Of a stretch of 64,000 bases of DNA, positions 22,039-36,638 are shown piece by piece. This DNA comes from Eledone cirrhosa (taxonomy: Eukaryota): the NCBI GenBank assembly GCA_964016885.1, contig OZ024752.1:1-64000 (forward strand). Reading direction: 5' to 3'. How positions within the stretch are numbered: the stretch's first letter is position 1; the number at the start of each line of letters is the position of its first letter. The notes under the pieces are model-generated. The model ran no database searches. It worked only from the letters and a program-made list of their open reading frames with translations, and had not been told where the DNA came from. The position numbers and the translations under genes were made by a program.

Positions 22039-22099
<61 letters not shown>

Positions 22100-22158
22100 G
22101 CATATATATATGTATATATATATGCATATATATATATATATGTATATATATATACATG

Positions 22159-22212
<54 letters not shown>

Positions 22213-22524
22213 TATATATATATATGTATATATATATGCATATATATATATATATATATATATGAATAAAGTTAGTCCTTCATCAGTGATCTTCCAACCA
22301 TCATTGGTATTTCATCGCTTTAAAGACCATATACCTCCGGTTGGTGCGAGCAACGGCTAAAAAAAGTCGTTGGGACACGTAAATAAAGGGGACACGAGTG
22401 TAAACAAACAAAGATGGTGAAGCAAGTATATATATATGCATATATATATATATATATGAATATATAATATATGAATATATATATATATATATACACACAT
22501 ATATATATACTATATATATAGCAT

Positions 22525-22563
<39 letters not shown>

Positions 22564-22859
22564 CACCATATATACATACATAGTATAACATCTAAGATTC
22601 AAAGATTGAAAACAAAATAAAAGGGTGAGGCGACAGCAAAGTAAGGTTGCCGCATGAATTGCTTTTATGTTATTCAAATTGGAACGAAGTTGTCAATATA
22701 TAGACTCCACAGCCAATTAAATAGGACCATTACAAGAGATTCCTACAGTTAACTGCAGCTTCATTTCTCTTTAATAAACCTAACTTCTCATGATTGCCTT
22801 CTTAAATTACCATTTTATTTATTATCGATGTATATGTATGTATATATGTATATATGTAT

Positions 22860-23504
22860 GTTTTCTCTTTCTCTTAATTTCGAGTATATTTTTTTTGACC
22901 GGCCACCTTCCTGGTGGCAAGGTTGTAAAAGAAAAGAAATTGTCATCCCTTGAATCGCAAGAATGTTTTGCAAATTTTGAAGGTGCCAGCTATCGCAGCC
23001 ACTTGTAGACTATGAATTAGGGAGCTGCGCTTTTTGTCCGCAAATCCAAGTTCAGTCATACTTTGGTCCAAGCGGGTTGGTATATAACCCGTAGCACCAA
23101 TAATGATGGGTATGAAGCTAAAGGTGTATCTTGGATACTGGATTTGTAAACTCCTCATCAATGGTCCGTAGATGTCCTCCTTCTCCTGTATTTTTCTGAC
23201 AACGTTTACATCAAGTGGGCAGCTGATCTCCACAACACAACACGTTTTCAATGGGTGGTCCCAAACTACAATATCAGGCCGGTTGTGCTTTAATTTGGTG
23301 GCAGTTTTTATTTTCAGGTTCCACCAGTATTCCTTAGTGCCATCTGTCTCGATATATTCTTCCTCATTTGTTGTTAATTTTGTTTTCCAAAGTGCGTTCC
23401 AGATGGTTCTAGCTATCCCATCGTGTCTCATGGGGAGGTAGTAGCGAGATGACATTCTTTCGCAACTGGCAACAATGTGGCTTACATCCTCGATCTTTGT
23501 TTTA
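22860..23504 (-). mobile_element. 5'-truncated RLE (R4/Dong-like) LINE
   Basis: ORF 22943-23455 with RHD, HNRPDIVVWD, VEISCP restriction-like endonuclease motifs; TATG repeats on both flanks. Confidence 0.85.
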
Positions 23505-24248
23505 TGTATGTATGTATGTATGTATGTATGTATGTATGTATGTATCTATGTATGTGTGTGTGTGTGTGTTTATGTATGCGTGTGTGTGTGTATGTGTGTG
23601 TGTAAGTGTGTGTGTGTGTATGTATGTATGTATGTATGTATGTATGTATGTATGTGTGCGTGTTTATGTATGTGTGTGTTTATGTATGTATGTGTGTGTG
23701 TGTATGTATAAGTGTGTGTGTATCCATGTATGTATGTGTGTCTGTATGTATGTTTAAGTGTGTGTCTATGTATGTATGTATGTATGTATGGGTGTGTGTT
23801 TATGTATGCGTGTGTGTATGTATCTATGTGTGTGTGTATGTATGTATGTATGTATGTATGTATGTATGTATGTATGTATGTATGTATGTATGTATGTATG
23901 CGTGCGTGCGTGTATGTATGTATGTGTGTATGTATGTATGTATGTATGTATGTGTGTGTGTTTATGTATGCGTGTGTGTATGTATGTGTATGTATGTATA
24001 AGTGTGTATGTATGTATGTGTGTATGTATGTATGTGTATGTGTTTATGTATGCGTGTGTGTATGTATATGTAAGCGTGTGTGTATGTATGTATGCATATA
24101 TGTATGTATGTGTGTGTGTGTTTATGTATGCGTGTGTGTATGTAGGTATGTATGTATAAGTGTGTATGTATGTAGGTATGTATGTATAAGTGTGTATGTA
24201 TGTATGTATGTATGTATGTATGTATGTATGTATGTATGTATGTATGTA

Positions 24249-24313
<65 letters not shown>

Positions 24314-25260
24314 TTTCTCTTTCTCTTAATTTCGAGTATATTTTTTTGACCGGCCACCTTCCTGGTGGCAAGGTTGTAAAAGAAAAGAAATTGTCATCCC
24401 TTGAATCGCAAGAATGTTTTGCATATTTTGAAGGTGCCAGCTATCGCAGCCATTTGTAGACTATGAATTAGGGAGCTGCGCTTTTTGTCCGCAAATCCAA
24501 GTTCGGTCATACTTTGGTCCAAGCGGGTTGGTATATAACCCGTAGCACCAATAATGATGGGTATGAAGCTAAAGGTGTATCTTGGATACTGGATTTGTAA
24601 GCTCCTCATCAATGGTCCGTAGATGTCCTCCTTCTCCTGTATTTTTCTGACAACGTTTACATCAAGTGGGCAGCTGATCTCCACAACAGAACATGTTTTC
24701 AATGTGTGGTCCCAAACTACAATATCAGGCCGGTTGTGCTTTAATGTATGTATGTATGTATGTATGTATGTATGTATGTATGTATGTATGTGTATGCATG
24801 TATAAGTGTGTGTGTATGTGTTTATGTATAAGTGTGTGTATGCATGTATGTATGTGTGTGTGTATGTAAGTATAAGTGTGTGTGTATGTATGTGTGTATA
24901 TATGTATGTATGTGTGTGTGTTTATGTATGCGTGTGTGTATGTATGTATGTATGTCTGTGTGTGTATGTATGTATAAGTGTGTATGTATGTGTTTATGTA
25001 TGTATGTATTTATGTATGTATGTGTATGCATGTATGTGTGTTTGTGTGTGATTGTATGTGTATATGTATGCATGCATGTGATTGTGTGTATTTATGTATG
25101 GATGTATGTGTGTGTGAGTGTATGTATGAATATATGTATGTGTGGTTGTGTGTGTTTGTATGATTGTATGCATGTGATGATATGTATGTATGTGTTTATG
25201 TATGTATGTGTTTGATTGTATGATTGTATGTATGTGTGTTTTTCTGTGTGTATGTATGTT
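23505..25260. repeat. (TATG)n/(TG)n compound microsatellite
   Basis: Direct reading; interrupted by the element at 24312-24745. Confidence 0.9.
24312..24745 (-). mobile_element. 5'-truncated RLE (R4/Dong-like) LINE
   Basis: Near-identical to 22860-23295. Confidence 0.85.
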
Positions 25261-25261
25261 T

Positions 25262-25890
25262 GTACTCTCTCTTAATTTTGCGTTTATTTTTGACTGGTCA
25301 CCTTCCCGGGGACAAGGTTGTAAAGAAAGAAAATTATTGTCTCTTGTGTAAGTGTTCATCCTTTGAATCTTTAAGATATAGCGTCCATTTGTAGATTATG
25401 AATTAAAGAGCGACATCTTTCTCCACAAGCCTAAGTTTAATTATATTTTGGCCCAGGCGTGTTGGTATATAACCTGTAGTTCCAATAATGGAGACTATGA
25501 AGCTGAACATGGACCCCGGATACTAGATCTGTAAATTCTTCATCAATGGTTTGTAGATTTTCTTTTTTTTTTTTTTTTTTGCAATTTCCTTACCACATTA
25601 ACATCATGTGGGTAGCTGATTTTTACAACAGAGGATGTTTTTAAATGGGCCCAAACAACAATATCAGGTCGGTTGTGCTTTGATTTGCTGGCAGTTTTTA
25701 TTTTTAGGCCCCACCAGTATTCCTTTGAGCCATCAGTCTCAACATATTCCTCCCAGTTCGATTTTATTTTCATCATTCGTAATATATTCCAGATCGTTCT
25801 AGCTACCACATCATGTTTCATGGGGAGTTAGTAACGAGAAGACATTCCTTCTCAGTTGGCAATAATGTGGCTAACATCTCCGCTCTTTGC
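25262..25890 (-). mobile_element. Diverged RLE LINE fragment
   Basis: KHDVVARTIWN...KEYWW...HNRPDIVVW; frameshifted. Confidence 0.75.
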
Positions 25891-26099
25891 ATCTCAGCAT
25901 ACATTTATATTCAGCTGATGACCTTCCTCATGTTTTCAGTAGTTACTTGGTCTTGGTGGGGATTTCTTGTTCCGAGTTCAAATTCTGCCGAGGTTGACTT
26001 TGCCTTTCATCCTTACGGGGTCGATAAAATAAAGTACCAGTAATGCACTGGGTAATTGCTGGCCTTGTGCCTAAAGTAGAAACAATTAATTAATTCTAT

Positions 26100-26640
26100 C
26101 GTGCAATGCCTGTGCGTGAAGATATTTTTTAAAGTGAGGAAAGACTGTGCACTGAGCCAATCCCACTCTCTGAGGGACAGTAACTATAACCCGAAAAGAA
26201 GAAAAGATCAACATCATCGGTAACTACTGAGTCGCAGGTTTTATGTCGGAGTTATCCCAGTTTCTTTCTCCTAGAAAATGCCCTGACAAAGGCTAGGAGT
26301 CCTTCACTCCCAGTGGTTTAACCGCGCGATCGGGTGTCCAGCCCGAATATTTCTATGTCCCCGCGCATATACATACACATGCACCCATGTATATACACAT
26401 ATACATATACATACATATGTATATGTGTATATACATATTTACAGACTTTTGGATGGCCGTTGGCTCTTATGAGTTCTTCCGCCCTTTGTCAGGTTTTGCT
26501 TTTTGTCCTGCAGGGTGTTCAAAATCACCCTCCTCACCAAGTAAACTTGGTGGGGTTGCCAGTTTAGTCGCCGACGACCCGACCATGCGACAGGTTGTAC
26601 TGGGTTACATGTTACCAGTAGCACTCAAGAGTGACCCGAC
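26100..26640 (-). mobile_element. Diverged relative of the bipartite RTE derivative (5' part)
   Basis: Similar to 20500-20897; interrupted by a CA/TA tract. Confidence 0.6.
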
Positions 26641-26651
26641 ATATTATACAC

Positions 26652-26687
<36 letters not shown>

Positions 26688-26727
26688 TTTTCTCAGCAGT
26701 AACATATATATTTTATTTGTGTATGTG

Positions 26728-26816
<89 letters not shown>

Positions 26817-27785
26817 TAGATAGCTAGATATATACATATACTTTCCTCGCAAGTAACATATATATTTTATTTATGTATGTGAAAACTCATGTCTGTATAT
26901 ATTGTCGTCTTTCTGGATATAAAGAATTAATATCATTTTGGAAAGGATATAAATTCTTTATCAATATCAGCGACTGTAATTTAAATACAAATCAATTAAA
27001 TAACATAGTAGGCAACACAAACGATAATGAGTTCGTGTGTATAATATTGGCAAAGATGACTCTTCAGAAACACAACATCCGTTTCGACATAGACAAAAAA
27101 AACTTTTGCCAAATGTATATATATATATATAAAACACACACACACGCACGCACGCACGCACGCACACGCGCACACACACGCGAACACACACGCGCACACA
27201 CACGCACGGACACACACGTACGAACACACGCACACACGCGCGCACGCATACGCACACGCATACACACACACGCACGCTCGCGCGCGCGCACATAAACACA
27301 CACACACACACACACACGTACATGCACACACACACACAACTTTTGTTTATGTGTTGTACAAAGCGTGAACAATGTACTTTTGTATTCGGAGTTTGTCGCT
27401 TTTATCATATGTTAGTTATCAGGATTATATATCCTAACCAAGAGAGAAAATAATTATATATCTCGACTAAGAACACACCAACAAACTATTTGTAGCAGAT
27501 AGAGTGCTCCTTCCATCGTCACTTGCGACAGGACAGCAGACGTTTCGTCATCGTCACTCGAAATACACCTCAACAGTTTCAAAACATATTTGGAAATCAA
27601 AAGACAACGGAAAGACCACCGGATAGTGTTAGATTAAACAGAGCCATTTAAGAATGAATCAAAGTAATGTCGTCCCTAACTTACTGAGAAGCTCCACATC
27701 ATCTGGTGCTAGTTTGTATAGAAGCTGCTGAGATCCAACAAAGTTGAATTCACGTCATTTCAGTTACCATTCCTAACACAAACCG

Positions 27786-27843
<58 letters not shown>

Positions 27844-27847
<4 letters not shown>

Positions 27848-28035
27848 GAACCAGTAAGACCCCGACAGCTGAGCTCAAGCCGTTTCGACGGCTAATTCTG
27901 GACTGAATTAGCCGTCGAAACGGCTTGAGCTCAGCTGTCGGGGTCTTACTGGTTCCTATTACCCACTCTACTACCTCAAGTATTGAGTACTTTGGTGCGT
28001 TATGGTCCACCTGGTTCCTTACCACATTTCCTTCG

Positions 28036-28038
<3 letters not shown>
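27844..28038 (+). mobile_element. Hairpin-plus-tail element, copy A
   Basis: 55-bp perfect arms 27844-27898/27905-27959, loop TGGACT, ~80-bp tail; (TA)n flanks; 4 copies in window. Confidence 0.85.
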
Positions 28039-28071
<33 letters not shown>

Positions 28072-28097
28072 GTGAATATGTGAGAGTGTGTATCCCG

Positions 28098-28311
28098 GGT
28101 TCAATCGGGGATAGTCACAATAAGTAAGCTACTCAATACATAGTAGAGTATATATAATATTTAATATAGAAATGGCTACAGGACTAGAACTGTAGGATGA
28201 TTTCCTTCGAATGAAACAGTTCTAGTCCTGTAGAAGCCATTTCTATATTAAATATTGTATATTACTCTACTATGTATTGAGTACCTTACTGTGGTTACCC
28301 CCGATTCAACC
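28098..28311. mobile_element. Fold-back element (~95-bp imperfect arms)
   Basis: 28098-28193 vs 28216-28311; outer end recurs at ~13792-13845. Confidence 0.75.
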
Positions 28312-28478
28312 TGACACACACACACACACATGTATATATAAATTTTGGCAGAAACAGGGAGCTGTGTGGTTATTTGATAAAGTGTATTTTAAAAATAAAG
28401 GGAAAGCACAGACGGGAGACAATCCCTTCTCCAACAGACAACTGAAGAAAGGATTGTTCCCCGTTTGAGCTTTCCTTT

Positions 28479-28549
<71 letters not shown>

Positions 28550-28553
<4 letters not shown>

Positions 28554-28735
28554 TGAGATTGTGAGTTCGATTCCTGGACCGGGCGATGCATTATAAACTT
28601 GAGCAAGACACATTGTTTCACATTGCTCTTCTACCTGGAGTTGCGACGGATAGATAGTATTAGCAATTGGAAAGACCTACGGAAACATTGTTTCCTCGGT
28701 CCGATTTGACTAAAAGTCGATCGACTGGTCGATAT
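28550..28735 (+). mobile_element. 5'-truncated tRNA-SINE
   Basis: Box B GAGTTCGATTCC, TTGAGCAAGACAC core; 3' part recurs at 18250-18350; related minus copy at 31480-31690. Confidence 0.7.
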
Positions 28736-28737
28736 AT

Positions 28738-28770
<33 letters not shown>

Positions 28771-29457
28771 TAGATATATATAAGGAAAAAAGATGAAATC
28801 GAAAATGCAACAAGAGTCTTTTTTTAAGAAAACATATTTATTTGGTTCCTTTATCGGTTTCGCAGTCATAATTTCATTTATAACAGTCATAATTTCATTT
28901 GTAACCAATAAATCAAATTATCTGTATATATATATATATATATTAATTCCACGAATAAGGGTGTTGTTGCTGTTCGAACAACTGGAAGAGTCGTCGACGA
29001 AAGGGACGGAGGTCCAGCAGAAATATATGTTCTCCAAGATGTCGACTTCAACGATATATTTCGATCTAAGTGGGTCGCTAAACATCCTATCGCTCAATAG
29101 TAATGAGTAGAAAGCTAAAAATAGAATTTGGAAACTAGATTTGCTGGCTCCTCATCAATGTTTCGTATTTCTAATGTAGTTTATTTCTAGTTTTCTTATG
29201 TATGTATGTATGTATGTATGTATGTATGTATGTATGTATGTTTGTATGTACGTTTGTATGTACGTTTGTATGTACGTTTGTATGTACGTTTGTATGTATG
29301 TATGTATGTACGTACGTACGTACGTACGTACGTATGTATGTATGTATGTATGTATGTGTGTATGTATGTGTGTGTAAATAGGTATGTATATATGAATGTA
29401 TGTAAGGCAATTCATTCATACAACTACATACACACCCACACACACATATTGTATATG

Positions 29458-29514
<57 letters not shown>

Positions 29515-29556
29515 GTATATGTATATATACACAATATATGCAATATACACAATATA

Positions 29557-29611
<55 letters not shown>

Positions 29612-29649
29612 GTATATATGTATATATACACAATATATGCAATATACAC

Positions 29650-29682
<33 letters not shown>

Positions 29683-29778
29683 ATATATATGTATGTGTAT
29701 ATATATATATATATATATGTATGTATATAAATATATATGTATGTTTGGATTAAATGCTCTGAAATAGCGATATATATG

Positions 29779-30049
29779 TGAAGATAGACATAGAATATTC
29801 GAAAATTCAAACCAGTTCCTGTACACAGCTAAGTATTCTATAAGTTTCTAGCTGTGTCATTCTCGATAAAAGCACTGGATATGTAATCCTGAAGATTTCT
29901 AATAAGAATGAAACGCGTAGGTTACTTCCCTTGCTTTTATCGAGAATCTAATTGTAATACGTGACGTATTCTATTCTATAGCGATTAGGTCTTCAAAATG
30001 TTTATTATAAACATACAGAATATTTTCGAATATTCTATGTCTATCTTCA
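29779..30049. mobile_element. Nested inverted-repeat cassette enclosing one HHR
   Basis: Outer IR 29779-29806/30022-30049; inner IR 29859-29874/29932-29947. Confidence 0.7.
29883..29925 (+). ncRNA. Minimal type-I hammerhead ribozyme motif
   Basis: GTAATC-CTGAAGA-T-TTCT-AATA-AGAA-T-GAA-ACGCGT-A-GGTTAC. Confidence 0.78.
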
Positions 30050-30876
<827 letters not shown>

Positions 30877-30878
30877 TT

Positions 30879-30932
30879 CAAGGGCGGTGCCCCAGCATGG
30901 CCTCAGCCGGATGGCTGAAACAGGTAAAAGAG
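30879..30932 (+). mobile_element. Isolated CR1-like 3' tail
   Basis: CAAGGGCGGTGCCCCAGCATGGCCTCAGCCGGATGGCTGAAACAGGTAAAAGAG identical to 53084-53137. Confidence 0.8.
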
Positions 30933-31004
30933 ATATATATATGTATGTATATATATATATACACATACATATATATATATATATAAATATATATATATAT
31001 GTAT

Positions 31005-31163
<159 letters not shown>

Positions 31164-31729
31164 CTTTCTACATTTAATTGTTTCAGCCATTAGACTTTGG
31201 AGGATAAACTGAAGATTTGAAGAGATTTAGTCGACCATATTCCATGCTGGACACTGCCATGAGGGGCTTTACAGGAACATATTGACCAAGTCTGTTGCTT
31301 ATTCCAGCTATCTCGTCTTTTGGGGAACTGCTAAATTATCAGACATAAACAAAGAGTAAACATAAACACACACACACACACATACACATACACACACACA
31401 CACGCACTCACACATACACACACATGAATACACACATACACACACACGCATACATAATACACACACACACACATTGCTCTGACCGATCGACAAGATCTCG
31501 GACCTCATTCGCTTGCCGAGTGGGGTGGACCTCGTTAAATCGTTCCATTTCTGATATTATCTACTGGTCGCAACTCCTGGCAGAAGGAGCAATGTGAAAT
31601 AAAGTGTCTTGCTCAAGGACAAAGTGCATCACGGAATTGAACTCACAACCGCACGATTGCGAATCCAACTCTCTAACCACTAAGTCACACACCTTCATAT
31701 TCATATTCTGTAGAATTCATATTCTTACA

Positions 31730-31768
<39 letters not shown>

Positions 31769-32313
31769 ATATATTCGCTCACTGCCAACCTTACTAACCT
31801 TCTTCTATGTCCACTGCATCATGTGTTAACTTCTCCCTCCGCCTCTCGAGATATTCTCACTTGCTACGAAAGAAACTGTCCTTTTTTATGAGGGGTCTCT
31901 TGATAAGCCGTATCAGCCTCACAGCGATGATGCATTTTTATAGTACAGAAAACGTTGCACGCGGTTCGGCGAAACTGCAGTTGAAGAAAAAAAAGGAATA
32001 TTTTGTAATTTTATATATATATATTAGAGATGGCGACCTGAACAGACCCGTTCTTTCGTTTCAGCCACTGCTCACTCACATCTATCTTTCTATTTCTTCT
32101 TTAATTTATCATTCTATTTTCTGATGAGGGACTAGCGTCCGAAACGATAAGACTCTTTTCCTACTCAAGCGTAAAACTAATATATTTCTTTATATTACTT
32201 TATATTACATTTGCATTGTTATTTCTGTTTGACTTTTGCGCCCCCCCTCTCTATATATATGTATGTGTATGCAAGTGTTTGTATTTGTATGTAAGTACAT
32301 ATTATATATATAT

Positions 32314-32361
<48 letters not shown>

Positions 32362-33060
32362 TTGTATGCTTTTTACTGGTGGCAACCTTTATGCTTCTTT
32401 TCCCCACACAGACAGAGCCTCATTCTAGGTAAGAGAAAGCAATTTACAGAAAACTTCCCATTATATTAATCATTCATAAAATCATATCAAGTGGGCGATC
32501 TTAATCGAAAAACATAGACTTCCTAGACTTCCAGTTGGCAAAAACTTATTTGAAATATAATAAAGACAAAATCTATTGTGACATACAAACACTTGATCAA
32601 TTTCTCCTACGCAAAGCCTCATTTCAGGAGAGGCAGCCTTCTTTTTTACCGAACAAACCAAACATATGATAACACATATTGGAGTGTTTATATTAAACAT
32701 TTTGAAAAGAACAAAAACAAACAACAACAACAAAAAAGCAAAAGCAAAAAAAAATCAAATAAAAAAATATCTTCATATCCATCCAATCAACTGGACGATC
32801 TTTAATGGAAGAAAATAGAATTCCAATTGGCAAAGAATTATTAGAAAAACTACAAAGAGATGAAAATCCATCGCGACATATAAAGACCTCATCAATTTCC
32901 CTTGATACACAGAGTAGCAATATGTGTGCCAATAACGCTGGTTATGAATAATAATAATGATGATGATAATAATAATAATAATGATAATAATAATAATAAT
33001 GATAATGATAATAATAATAATAATGATAAAAATAATAATAATAATAATGATAATAATGAT

Positions 33061-33486
33061 TTCTTTATTGGCCACAAGGACTGACATCAAGAAAAACATT
33101 ACAGACGGCACAGAACGGTACGATGTGGGTTTTGTGCGTGTCAATATTTTTATTATTTATATAAGAAAAGAAAAAAAAAAGGACATAGAAACATATATAT
33201 ATATAAACATTAAAAATGAAAATTGAAACAATGAAAAATTCCCCAATAGGGGGGAAACCTCCGAGCATTACTCGTGGCGAAAACCACACAAAAGACCATG
33301 GCCACCCTGACCATCAGGGCAAGCGCCCTTTCTCAATTTTCCATTTCTCAAACTACAGACGTATATTCAGAGCGGTCCCGTTCATTCGGACCATTCTCGC
33401 TACGTTCACCCACCTTTCAACAAACTTGCTAGAGGGCAGCACTTGCCTCTCCACCCTGATTTTCCTCTTCAAGTCAAACTTGAAAA

Positions 33487-33490
<4 letters not shown>
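33061..33490 (-). mobile_element. Tx1/L1-like LINE 3' end within (AAT)n
   Basis: FFKFDLKRKIRVER...FVERWVNVARM homologous to the ORF ends at 40215-40350 and 42517-42650. Confidence 0.7.
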
Positions 33491-33529
<39 letters not shown>

Positions 33530-33532
<3 letters not shown>

Positions 33533-33702
33533 TGTTTCTACGTTTGGCACAAGGCTAGCAATTACCCAGTACATTACTGGTACTTTATTTTATCGACCCC
33601 GTAAGGATGAAAGGCAAAGTTGACCTCGGCGGGATTTGAACTCAGAACGGAAAGGGCCGTAACTCTATGCGTCAAAGCATGACGTCCGACCCTCTACCGA
33701 TT
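33530..33702 (-). mobile_element. tRNA-like SINE
   Basis: Same family as 37096-37315; further decayed minus copies at ~34930-35085, 35105-35275, 35410-35500, 38790-38990. Confidence 0.75.
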
Positions 33703-34164
33703 AATAATAATAATAATAGTGATTATGATGATGATGGCGATGATGACGATGATGATGATGATGATTATGTTAACGATGATGATGAGGTTGATGATGATGA
33801 TGATGATTATGTTAACGATACTGATGACGATGACGACGTCGACTATGATGATGACAATGATGTTAACGATAATGACGAGGATGATGATGTTAACAACGAT
33901 GATGATGATGATGTTAACAATGATGATGATGATGAAATTAGAGAGGAGGGATGGGTGAAGAATGAAGAAATAAACAAATATTTACAGAAGCTGAACTCTT
34001 ATATGTAGAATGTCCTGTAGAAAAGCTTGTTGGAAAACGAAAGTGAAAGTGGCCAGGTTGAACAATTAGTGTAAACAGCCATTTTAGAAAGCTTTGTATT
34101 AAATCACTCCACCGAATGTTTATTATGCTATGAAATGAGTTTAAGAGAAAGGACAATATTAATC

Positions 34165-34585
34165 ATGTTTAGCTAACTTTAGATGTGTGCCGCTTATACT
34201 TGTATGTTTGGTTAAACTTATATAGATATGTGTCACCTATACGTTTGGTTAACTTTATATAGATGTGTGTCACCTATACGTGTGTTTGGTTAACCTTATA
34301 TAGATATGTGTGCCGCTTATACATGTGTTTGGTTAACCTTATATAGATATGTGTGTTTGGTTAACCTCATATATGTGTGCCACTCATACATATATGTTTA
34401 GCTAACCTTAGATATGTGCCGCCCATATGTATGTGTTTGGTTAACCTTAGATATGTGTGCCGCCCATAGGTATATGTTTAGCTAACCCTAGATATGTGCC
34501 GCCAAAACATATATGTTTGACAAGCATTAAATATGTGCTGTCCATATATATGTGTTTAGCTAACCTTAGATATATGCCGCACATA
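34165..34585. repeat. Degenerate ~37-bp minisatellite
   Basis: Recurrent TGTTTGGTTAACCTTA..GATATGTG units. Confidence 0.8.
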
Positions 34586-34597
34586 CATACAGTATAT

Positions 34598-34671
<74 letters not shown>

Positions 34672-35353
34672 ACACCTAAAGATAGAGAGACAGGTAGACA
34701 GACAGCTATAATGAAGAAACAATGAAACAAAGGCAGAAACATTGACAAAAGACGTACAGTTAATTAATTATATTGACATCCGATAGTTAATTAATTCTTT
34801 ATCGATTTTATAACGATGAAAGTCGACTTCACCATGATTTGAACTCAGAATGTAAAGGGGGCATATCAATAAATAAAACAAGCCATCTTCTTCTGATTCG
34901 ACAGAATTGTGTCACCCCTCACCCTAATTTATACACAAGGCCAATAGTTTTGTTGTGGTGGAGAAAGTTGATTAAATAAACACAGTGCATTACTGGTACT
35001 TTATTTTATCGAGCCCGTAAGGATGAAAGGCAAAGTTAATCTCGGCGGAATTTGAACGCAGAACATAAAGGGTCGTAACTCTATGTTGACCCTTCGCCCT
35101 AATAATGGTTTCAAATTTAGACACAAGGCCAATAATTTAGAGGAAGGGGAAACTCAATTAAATCTACCCCAGTACTTGACTAATACTTTCTTTTAAGGAC
35201 CCCAGAAGAATTAAATAAATAGTCAGCTTTAGGGGCATTTGAACTAAGAAAGTAAAGAGTCGGACGAAATATCATGAAGTATGTTCAACACAGCCCATCC
35301 CTCCCGGTGAAGTCTTTTAGAAAAAGAAAGAAGAGCGTGTGTGTCTGAGAGAG

Positions 35354-35405
<52 letters not shown>

Positions 35406-35729
35406 TCGAACCCAGTACTAGGCTGGTACTTTATTTATTGACCCCGAAAGAATGAACGACAAAATTGATCTCAGTAGAATTTGAACTCAGAACGTAGTAA
35501 ACTTGTAGAATTACTGAGACATTTAAAACCCAACACCCCAACAACTCAGCACAGCCTGAGACTCAGAAAAGTTGGAGTAGAAATCTACTTGCTACAGATT
35601 GGCTTTAGCAACAGTGTAGTGGGGTAAGACAACAATCACATCGAAACCAACATCAACAGCCAGAACAACAATAGGAACAACGTGAAAAAGAAGAAACCTT
35701 TTGACTTCCTAATGAATATACATGCGTAT

Positions 35730-35797
<68 letters not shown>

Positions 35798-36175
35798 TTA
35801 GTTAAGCAAAACAAGACCACAAATTTCACAAGGAAGACATTATTAAAAGATTGTCAACATATTTTAGTTTGATGTAAGGAATGTAGAGAATAATAATAAT
35901 AATATTAATAATAATAATGTCCGTTTACAATTGTTTCGCTACTCCATATAATATTTCTGGATCAAACTTCAAAACTAATTCACCAATCTCTCCTCTCCTA
36001 TCTCCATCTCTCTCTTTAAGATTGGTTACTCTTGAACTGTATGTATATATATATATATATATATATCCACAGAGTGTAACGTGGAGTTACTGTAGGTTCA
36101 CCCGTGTGAGAACTCAATGTTTAGGTTCGCTTCTGTGTCGAGATGTAGAACTAGACAGAGTGTATTATAAAATAA

Positions 36176-36360
36176 AGTAAGGACAAGTGGTTACACTTTC
36201 ATTACGTTTATTTGTTGGTGACGCACGTTTCGCCACTGATCAGCTCAAGGTTCGATCTGTATCGATCTAGCCCGACTCTGTAACCCTCGGCTCGTCAGAC
36301 CCCTTATAATGGTCTGACCAACAAATAGACGTAATGAAAGTGTAACTACTCGTCCTTACT
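36176..36360. mobile_element. Asymmetric palindrome: intact HHR in left arm, HHR core missing from right arm
   Basis: 36176-36219 vs 36317-36360 inverted; central TCAGACC/GGTCTGA. Confidence 0.7.
36217..36301 (-). ncRNA. Type-I hammerhead ribozyme motif with long stem II insert
   Basis: GGT-CTGACGA-GCC...GGC-GAAAC-GTGC-GTC-ACC. Confidence 0.72.
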
Positions 36361-36425
36361 AAACTATTTGTTAGTTATTTACATGTGTGTATATGTATGT
36401 GTGTATATATACACATATCCATATG

Positions 36426-36537
<112 letters not shown>

Positions 36538-36638
36538 CATATACACACACATGTAAATAACTAACAAATAGTTTAGTTTTTCGCTCTACATGGCTGAATA
36601 CAATAAATGTAATCTGAGTTTTTCGAATATTAATGATA

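Larger units (their letters stand above)
21155..22046. mobile_element. Long palindrome (~400-bp arms, 55-bp simple-repeat spacer) with one HHR per arm
   Basis: 21155-21555 is the reverse complement of 21611-22046 apart from a 35-bp indel (21848-21882). Confidence 0.85.

Noticed and set aside
32484-32915. Two diverged similar segments (32484-32630, 32786-32915), possibly LINE relics
   Set aside because: Too decayed to assign by eye
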